64,000 nt of DNA from Dehalococcoidia bacterium. GTDB taxonomy: Bacteria > Chloroflexota > Dehalococcoidia > UBA2979. The notes under the pieces were generated by a model, which was not told where the DNA came from, ran no database searches, and saw only the letters and a list, made by a program, of their open reading frames with translations. A program made the translations under genes and the position numbers. Positions 58,271 to 64,000 of the stretch are shown here, piece by piece. Positions within the stretch are counted from its first letter, which is position 1. Each line of letters starts with the position of its first letter. Where the stretch lies: positions 288,539-352,538 of the forward strand of contig CBDFIB010000004.1 in assembly GCA_965247925.1 (NCBI GenBank). The letters are read 5' to 3'.

Positions 58271-60265
58271 ATGGGAACCTGGGTCGGGCGCTACGCGATC
58301 GTTGGCGGCGCCGTGCGCGAGGACGGGCCATGGCTCGCCGAGCAACTGCGCTTCGGCGGCGAGGAGCGCGTGCACCTCTTCGTCCTCGCCGACCCCGCCG
58401 ACGAGCGTTCGGCGGAGTTCTGCCAGGAAGTCGCCGGCGCCGTCGCCGACCTCTTCGCCTCGGAGTCGCTCTCGCTCACCGGCGGGCTGCTGCGCGCGCT
58501 GCGCCAGGCGCACCAGAACCTCGCCGAGTGGAACAGCCGATCGCTGAGGGAGCACCGCATCTCCATCGGCGTGACCTGCGTGGCGCTACGCGGCGACAAC
58601 GCGACCGTCGCCCAGGCCGGTCCGGGCCTCGTCTACGTCGCAGCGCCCGACGGCGTCCACCGCCTCAGCAGCGAGGGCCATGCGGCCGCGCAGCCCCTCG
58701 GGGGAGACGAACCGCTCGACCCACTGTTCACGGGGGTGCCGCTGGAGGGGACGAAGATCCTGATGCTCAGCAGCGCCGCCGAGGCGGTGGCCGGGTCCGC
58801 CGCGATCGGCCAGGTACTGGAGAGCGAGCCGGATCGCGCCCTCGCGGGCATCTTCCAGCGCACCCGCGAGGTACCCGACATGACGGCGGTGCTGATCGCC
58901 GACGTTGACGACGTCCAGAGCGAACAAGCCCCCGTAGAGATCGATCTCTCCCCTGCCGCGACTCCGGCGCCGGATCTCCACGACACCGTGGCTCAGCTCC
59001 CGGCGCCGATGGTGACCTCGCCCCACGGCGCGGGCGGGTCCGGGCGCAGGGGGCGGATGCCGCAGCTGCGGCGCCCTCGCGCCGCCGGAGCGCCGCGCCG
59101 GCAGCGGCGCCGGCTGGTCGCCGGTCTGCTCCTGCTCGCCGCCATGCTGGCCGTGGCCGCCACCTACTACGTGCCCTCACTGTTCGAGAGCGATCCAGCC
59201 GCCGAGGTCGAGGAACGCCTCGCCGCCGCCAACGGGTACGTCGCAGCGGCCGCCAGCGATGACGAGATCGCCTGGCAACGCCAACAGCTGCAGTCGGCGC
59301 TGACCGAACTCGAGCAGGCGCGCGCCGTCGGTACCGAGGATTCCCGCGTGCCGGCCCTCCAGGCCAGCGTGCAGCAGCAGCTCGACGACCTGAACGGCGT
59401 CGTCGAGGTCGAGGACCTGCGCCGCGTCCTGCAGTTCGCGGGCTCGCTGACCGCGCCGCTCAATCCCGCCAATCTCGTCCTGGGCGGCGACTGGCTGTGG
59501 CTGCTCGACGGCGACCGCGGGCGCGTCTTCGCGATCGATCCCGAGGGCCGCGAGGACTCGCTCGAGGCCTACCGCACCGGCGTCAGATACGGCGACGCGA
59601 TCGCCTCCCGCCCGATCGTCATCACCTGGGACGAGCGGGGCGCGCGGCTGCTGCTGATCGACGATGCGCGCCGCCTGTTCGCGCTCGTCCCGGGCGAGAT
59701 CCCCGCCGCGCTGCCGCTGCGCGACGCCGACGAACTGGGAGCGGTCGATGCGATCGCCGCCTACGAGGGCAACCTCTACGTGCTCGACAGCGTCGGCGCC
59801 GAGGTGTGGCGCTACCGCCCCGTCGACGCGGGCTTCGACACGGAGCGCACCGGCCTGGTCGGCGGGACGCTGCCCGGCCCCGCGGCGACGGGCGGCGCGC
59901 CGCACGAGGGCGCACTGCGGCTCGTCGTCGATGGCGATCTGCACCTGCTGGTCGGCGACACCGCACGCCGCTTCCACCTCGGCCGCCAGTTGGGGCCGCT
60001 GCTGGAGGGCATCGACCGACCGCTCAATACGCCGGTCGGCCTCGCGCGCAACGCCGCCGACGGGACGTTCTACGTCGCCGACCGCGGCGGCCGCCGTATC
60101 GTCGCCGGCGCTGACGACGGCGCGTTCCTGCGCCAGTTCGTCCACCCCTCCTTCCTCGACATCCGCGCCCTCGCCCTCTCCCCGGACGGCGTGACTCTCT
60201 ACGTCCTCACGGGCACGAGCATCGAGGCGTTCGATCCCGGCGCCGAGGCGGCGGAGGGGGAGTGA
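58271..60265 (+). CDS. hypothetical membrane-anchored protein with a C-terminal beta-propeller-like (NHL/YVTN-type) repeat region
   Basis: 664 aa. One TM segment (LVAGLLLLAAMLAVAATYYV), then repeated ...LYVLDS.../...FYVADRGG.../...LYVLTG... strands. Confidence 0.55.
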   Translation: MGTWVGRYAIVGGAVREDGPWLAEQLRFGGEERVHLFVLADPADERSAEFCQEVAGAVADLFASESLSLTGGLLRALRQAHQNLAEWNSRSLREHRISIGVTCVALRGDNATVAQAGPGLVYVAAPDGVHRLSSEGHAAAQPLGGDEPLDPLFTGVPLEGTKILMLSSAAEAVAGSAAIGQVLESEPDRALAGIFQRTREVPDMTAVLIADVDDVQSEQAPVEIDLSPAATPAPDLHDTVAQLPAPMVTSPHGAGGSGRRGRMPQLRRPRAAGAPRRQRRRLVAGLLLLAAMLAVAATYYVPSLFESDPAAEVEERLAAANGYVAAAASDDEIAWQRQQLQSALTELEQARAVGTEDSRVPALQASVQQQLDDLNGVVEVEDLRRVLQFAGSLTAPLNPANLVLGGDWLWLLDGDRGRVFAIDPEGREDSLEAYRTGVRYGDAIASRPIVITWDERGARLLLIDDARRLFALVPGEIPAALPLRDADELGAVDAIAAYEGNLYVLDSVGAEVWRYRPVDAGFDTERTGLVGGTLPGPAATGGAPHEGALRLVVDGDLHLLVGDTARRFHLGRQLGPLLEGIDRPLNTPVGLARNAADGTFYVADRGGRRIVAGADDGAFLRQFVHPSFLDIRALALSPDGVTLYVLTGTSIEAFDPGAEAAEGE

Positions 60266-60313
60266 CGAGGGCCGGCGCTACCGCGTAGATCGCACAGGCA
60301 TATCCTGTAACGC

Positions 60314-61342
60314 GTGACCACCGTGCTGGCGATTGAATCCTCGTGCGACGAGACGGCGGCGGCAGTCGTCGTCGACGGGCGGCGTGCGCTCTCGAACGTC
60401 GTCGCCTCGCAGCAGGAGCTGCACGCCGAGACGGGCGGCGTGGTGCCGGAGGTGGCGGCGCGCCAGCACCTGCGCGCGCTGCTGCCGGTGGTGCGGCGCG
60501 CGCTCGCCGACGCGGAGTGCGGCTGGGATCGCCTCGACGCGATCGCGGCGACCGCCGGGCCGGGCCTGCCGGGCGCGCTCGTCGTCGGCTTCAACGCCGC
60601 GCGCGGCCTCGCCTGGGCGCGCGGGCTGCCGCTGATCCCGGTCGACCACCTCGAAGGCCACGTCTGCGCCAACTGGCTCGGCCCCGAGGAGCCGCCACTG
60701 CCCGCGCTCGCGCTCGTCGTCTCCGGAGGGCACACGGAGCTGCTGCTGATGCTCGACCACGGGCGCTTCGAGCGGCTCGGAGGCACACGCGACGACGCCG
60801 CCGGCGAGGCCTTCGACAAGGTCGCGCGGCTGCTCGGCCTCGGCTACCCCGGCGGCCCGCCACTCTCGCGGCTGGCGGCGACGGCGACCGAGCGCACGCT
60901 GCGGCTGCCGCGCGCGTGGATGCCCGGCAGCGACGACTTCTCCTTCTCCGGCCTCAAGACCGCCGTCGCCCAGCGCGTCGCCGCCGAGCCCGGCCTCCCG
61001 CCCGCCGAGGTCGCCCATGCCTTCGAGGAGTCCGTCGCCGACGTGCTCTCGCGCAAGGCGGCGCGGGTGGCCGAGCGCGAGGGCGTCGCGTCACTGCTGG
61101 TCGCCGGCGGCGTCGCCGCCAACGGCCGCCTGCGCGAGGCCGTGCGCGAGGCATCGCCGGTCCCGGTCTTCATCCCGGAGCCGGCGCTCTGCACCGACAA
61201 CGCGGCGATGATCGGCGCCGCCGCCTTCCGCCATCTCGACGAGGCCGTCGCGCCCGAGTCCGCCCTCGACATCTACCCCACCGCCAAGCGGCGTCCGCCG
61301 CGGCCGAAGCGCTCGAAGGCTGGGGCCAGCCGCTCACGCTGA
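60314..61342 (+). CDS. tsaD: tRNA N6-adenosine threonylcarbamoyltransferase TsaD (Kae1/Gcp family)
   Basis: VLAIESSCDETAAAVV...HLEGHV...VSGGHTEL... GTG start. Confidence 0.85.
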   Translation: MTTVLAIESSCDETAAAVVVDGRRALSNVVASQQELHAETGGVVPEVAARQHLRALLPVVRRALADAECGWDRLDAIAATAGPGLPGALVVGFNAARGLAWARGLPLIPVDHLEGHVCANWLGPEEPPLPALALVVSGGHTELLLMLDHGRFERLGGTRDDAAGEAFDKVARLLGLGYPGGPPLSRLAATATERTLRLPRAWMPGSDDFSFSGLKTAVAQRVAAEPGLPPAEVAHAFEESVADVLSRKAARVAEREGVASLLVAGGVAANGRLREAVREASPVPVFIPEPALCTDNAAMIGAAAFRHLDEAVAPESALDIYPTAKRRPPRPKRSKAGASRSR

Positions 61343-61379
61343 CTCTTTCCAGGAGGAACGGGGAGTTAACCCAGGCTCA

Positions 61380-61850
61380 CTGGTCAAGCGGCGAGCTGCT
61401 CACGGTCGCGCCGATGCGCCCAGGCGCCGCCCTCGCGGCGGCCGGGCGGGCGATTCGGGCGGGGGCGTGGGGGCGGCTTCACCGGACGCGCGGATACCCC
61501 GCAGGCCCCCCCCGCGGCTGAGGGACCGCCCCTCCGGGAGTTCGGTGCGCCCTCGGCGCCTTCTCGCCCGGCGGGACGCCCTCACCCCCACCCTCTCTCC
61601 CTCGGGGAGCCGGACGCCATCGGGAGTTCGGTGCGTCGGCGAAGGCCACGGCGTGTGAGCTGATCCAGCGGGGGCGTGGGGGCGCAGCCCCCACATGAAA
61701 GAAATCCGAGGGCGGGTGGGTGGGCAAGAGCCGCGCGCAGCGCGTGCTCGTCCGGGATGGGGCGTGGGGGCGGCTTCACCGGACGCGGGGATACCCCGCA
61801 GAGCCCCCCGCAGGCGAGGGACAGAGGGGCCGGACGGCGCGAAGCGGGAA
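61380..61850. repeat. repeat-rich intergenic region: two copies of a ~45-bp motif (GGCGTGGGGGCGGCTTCACCGGACGCG-S-GGATACCCCGCAG) at ~61455 and ~61755, a REP-like element (~61550-61610) and the hairpin repeat (61670-61728)
   Basis: Direct sequence comparison within the region and with 40795-40980. Confidence 0.6.
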
Positions 61851-61856
61851 AGCGGT

Positions 61857-63146
61857 TTACGTGAGCGGGGTGCAGACCAGGTCGTAGGGGAGTGCGGTGT
61901 CGACGCGCACGCGCACGAACTCGCCCGCCGCGAACGCGCCGCGCACGAAGGCGAGTCCGTCAACCTCGGGCGCGTCACGGTAGCTGCGGCCGACGACGAA
62001 GCGCGAGCCGTCCTCCTGCACGCTCGGCTCGTCGGACTCGATCAGCACCTCGAGTTCGCTGCCGACGAGTCCGCGGTTGCGCTCCATCGAGATCTGCTGC
62101 GCGAGCTCCATCAGCCGGCCGTAGCGCTCGGACGCGACCTCGTGCGGCACGGGCGCACCGAGGTCGGCGGCCGGTGTGCCGGTCTGCGGCGAGTAGGTGA
62201 ACGCGCCGACGTGATCGAAGCGCTGCTCCTCCACGAAATCGAGCAACTCCTCGAACTCGGCCTCGGTCTCGCCGGGGAAGCCGACGATGAACGTCGTGCG
62301 CAGGGCGGCGTCCGGCATCGCCTCGCGCAGCGTCGCGAGGCTGCGGCGGGCGACACGCAGGCTCGGCCGGCGCATCCGCTTCAGCACGCTGGGCGATCCG
62401 TGCTGCAACGGCATGTCGAGGTAGTGCGTCACGTTGGGCAGCCGCGCCATCGTCTCCGCGAGGCGCGGCGTGACGCGACCGGGGTAGGCGTACATCAGCC
62501 GCAGCCAGGGCACCTCCGGGACGGCCTCGGCGAGGCGTTCGAGCAGCTCGGCCAGCCCGTCGCGCTCGGCGCGATCCTCGCCGTAGGCGGTCGAGTCCTG
62601 CGCGACGAGCACCAGCTCGCGCACCCCCATGGTGGCCAGCGCCCGCGCCTCGCCGATCAGCCAGTCATCGGGCTCCGAATGCATGCGCCCCTTGATCGTC
62701 GGAATGATGCAGAACGTGCACGGCCGGTCGCAGCCGTCCGAGATCTTGAGGTAGGCGCTCGGCCCCGTCGCCAGCAGCGCCGGCTGCGGAATGTCGAAGT
62801 CCGGCGAACCCGACCCGAGCGAGGCCGCGACGGCGTCCCAGGCCTCGACGCCGAAGGTTGCGTCGACGGCCGGCACGGCGCGCCGCACCTCCTCCTCGGC
62901 GATCTGCGTGAGGCAGCCGAGCACGTAGATCTGCTGGTCGGTGCGTCGCGCCGCGTCGAGCTCGGCGATCACCTCGAGCGATTCGTCCTTGGCGTCGTCG
63001 ATGAAGCCGCAGGTGTTGACGAGCAGCAGGTCGGCCTCGTCCGCCGAGGCCGTCGCCTGGTGGCGCGCATGCCGCAGTGCGCGCTCGAGTCGCATCGAAT
63101 CCACGGTGTTCTTGGCGCAGCCGAGGGTGACGAGGTGGTAGCGCAC
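61857..63146 (-). CDS. rimO: radical-SAM methylthiotransferase, RimO-like (MiaB/RimO family)
   Basis: MRYHLVTLGCAKNTVDS...LLLVNTCGFI, radical-SAM CxxxCxxC (CDRPCTFC), C-terminal TRAM domain with an APEVDG motif. Confidence 0.75.
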   Translation of the reverse strand: MRYHLVTLGCAKNTVDSMRLERALRHARHQATASADEADLLLVNTCGFIDDAKDESLEVIAELDAARRTDQQIYVLGCLTQIAEEEVRRAVPAVDATFGVEAWDAVAASLGSGSPDFDIPQPALLATGPSAYLKISDGCDRPCTFCIIPTIKGRMHSEPDDWLIGEARALATMGVRELVLVAQDSTAYGEDRAERDGLAELLERLAEAVPEVPWLRLMYAYPGRVTPRLAETMARLPNVTHYLDMPLQHGSPSVLKRMRRPSLRVARRSLATLREAMPDAALRTTFIVGFPGETEAEFEELLDFVEEQRFDHVGAFTYSPQTGTPAADLGAPVPHEVASERYGRLMELAQQISMERNRGLVGSELEVLIESDEPSVQEDGSRFVVGRSYRDAPEVDGLAFVRGAFAAGEFVRVRVDTALPYDLVCTPLT

Positions 63147-63155
63147 GTGGTCGGC

Positions 63156-63926
63156 CTACTCTCCGGACGCCGCGGGCTGCTTGGCCACGATCAGTGTGAC
63201 GCCCTGGCCCGCCACCAGCGGCTCGCCGGCCGCGGGGGTCTGCGCGAAGACGCGGCCGGGCGTCTCGCCGCTCTCGACCTCGATCACGACGAACGATACC
63301 CCGAGGTCGCGGAGTCTCTGCTCCGCCTCGCTACGCTCGACGCCACTGAGGTCGGGCATGCGTCCCGCCGCAGGCGTCCCGGTTGCCTCGGCAGTGGGCG
63401 AGGCCGTTGCGGCGGCGCCGCCGCCGTCGGGCTCGTCACCCTCGCCACCGGAGCCGAACGGCGGCGCGCCGAAGATGAAGGCCGCGACGAGGACGATCGC
63501 CGCCGCGACGGCGAGCAGCAGCCAGCGGCGCCCCACCGCGGGCAGCACTCCCACGCCCTTGCGCCGCCGCAGGCCGGGCAGCGGATCGAGGCCCGGCGGG
63601 GCGGGCAGGTCGAGCGGCAACTGCTCGATGGCGTCCTCGGGGTCGATGCCCAGGAAGCGTGCGTAGAGACGAACGAAGCCGCGCACGTAGACGGGCGCGG
63701 GCAGCACGTCGAAGCGGTCGGCCTCGATCGCATCGAGGTAGCCGTAGCTGATTCGCGTTTCCTCGGCCGCCTGCTCCAGCGTGAAGCCGGACTCCAGGCG
63801 GCTCGCGCGGAGCCGCCGGCCGAGCGTGTCCGGCGCGGACTCATCGTCGGGGTCGGCTCCATATGCCGCGGACTGATCGCGCCCCTGCGCGTCCCGGTCA
63901 GAGCGGCGACCCGAACGGCGCAGCAC
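63156..63926 (-). CDS. RodZ-like HTH protein with a C-terminal PASTA domain
   Basis: HTH (FTLEQAAEETRISYGYLDAIE), single TM (LLLAVAAAIVLVAAFIF), C-terminal PASTA-like (LSGVERSEAEQRLRDLGVSFVVIEVESGETPGRVFAQTPAAGEPL). Confidence 0.65.
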   Translation of the reverse strand: MLRRSGRRSDRDAQGRDQSAAYGADPDDESAPDTLGRRLRASRLESGFTLEQAAEETRISYGYLDAIEADRFDVLPAPVYVRGFVRLYARFLGIDPEDAIEQLPLDLPAPPGLDPLPGLRRRKGVGVLPAVGRRWLLLAVAAAIVLVAAFIFGAPPFGSGGEGDEPDGGGAAATASPTAEATGTPAAGRMPDLSGVERSEAEQRLRDLGVSFVVIEVESGETPGRVFAQTPAAGEPLVAGQGVTLIVAKQPAASGE

Positions 63927-63939
63927 CGCTACAGGCCAT

Positions 63940-64000
63940 CGACGCCGGGGAACTCGACGAGGGACTTCAGCCCCTCCATCGCCAGCCTCGAGGCGTACGC
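63940..64000 (-). CDS. 3' end of an unidentified gene entering from beyond the window
   Basis: Reverse-strand frame ...AYASRLAMEGLKSLVEFPGVDGL* ends at 63940. Confidence 0.3.

Overview
This is a 64-kb window from a high-GC (~70%) bacterial chromosome. Gene content is consistent with an actinobacterial or Chloroflexi/Thermomicrobia-like organism, but the taxon cannot be fixed from sequence alone. Both flanks carry housekeeping genes: dnaE (5' part), prs and secA on the left; an FBP aldolase/phosphatase, folC, fabF, tsaD, rimO and a RodZ-like gene on the right. The middle, roughly 9.2-52 kb, is accessory. Two near-identical IS1380-family insertion sequences in inverted orientation (9272..10937 and 43964..45629) bracket about 33 kb. 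Each has a ~165-bp MITE-like element with terminal inverted repeats next to its left end, forming a mirror-symmetric arrangement. One MITE copy is itself split by an intact IS110-family element; that element has a 280-nt 3' non-coding tail, which I flag as a candidate bridge/guide RNA. The bracketed segment and its right-hand neighbour are dense in CoA-dependent catabolic genes. These include 7 family-III CoA-transferase domains (one protein is a fused di-domain), 4 acyl-CoA dehydrogenases plus a duplicated 3' fragment, a cyclase, an amidohydrolase, a PTE-like hydrolase, a VOC epimerase, and an SCP-x-type thiolase (apparent pseudogene) with a DUF35 partner. There are also 4 MFS transporters and several type II toxin-antitoxin pairs (HigBA-like, two VapBC). 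Other features: a low-GC two-gene HTH-ImmA/IrrE + DUF4411 module wedged between dnaE and core genes; a low-GC STAND/TPR-like gene apparently destroyed by three successive mobile-element hits; a degenerate second IS110-family transposase; a protein of three tandem ~110-aa repeats; two paralogous small membrane proteins; a coiled-coil ORF built from a 21-bp tandem DNA repeat; and several families of GC-rich palindromic intergenic repeats. No rRNA, tRNA or CRISPR array was recognised. All calls come from reading the translations and the DNA directly; no database search was run.
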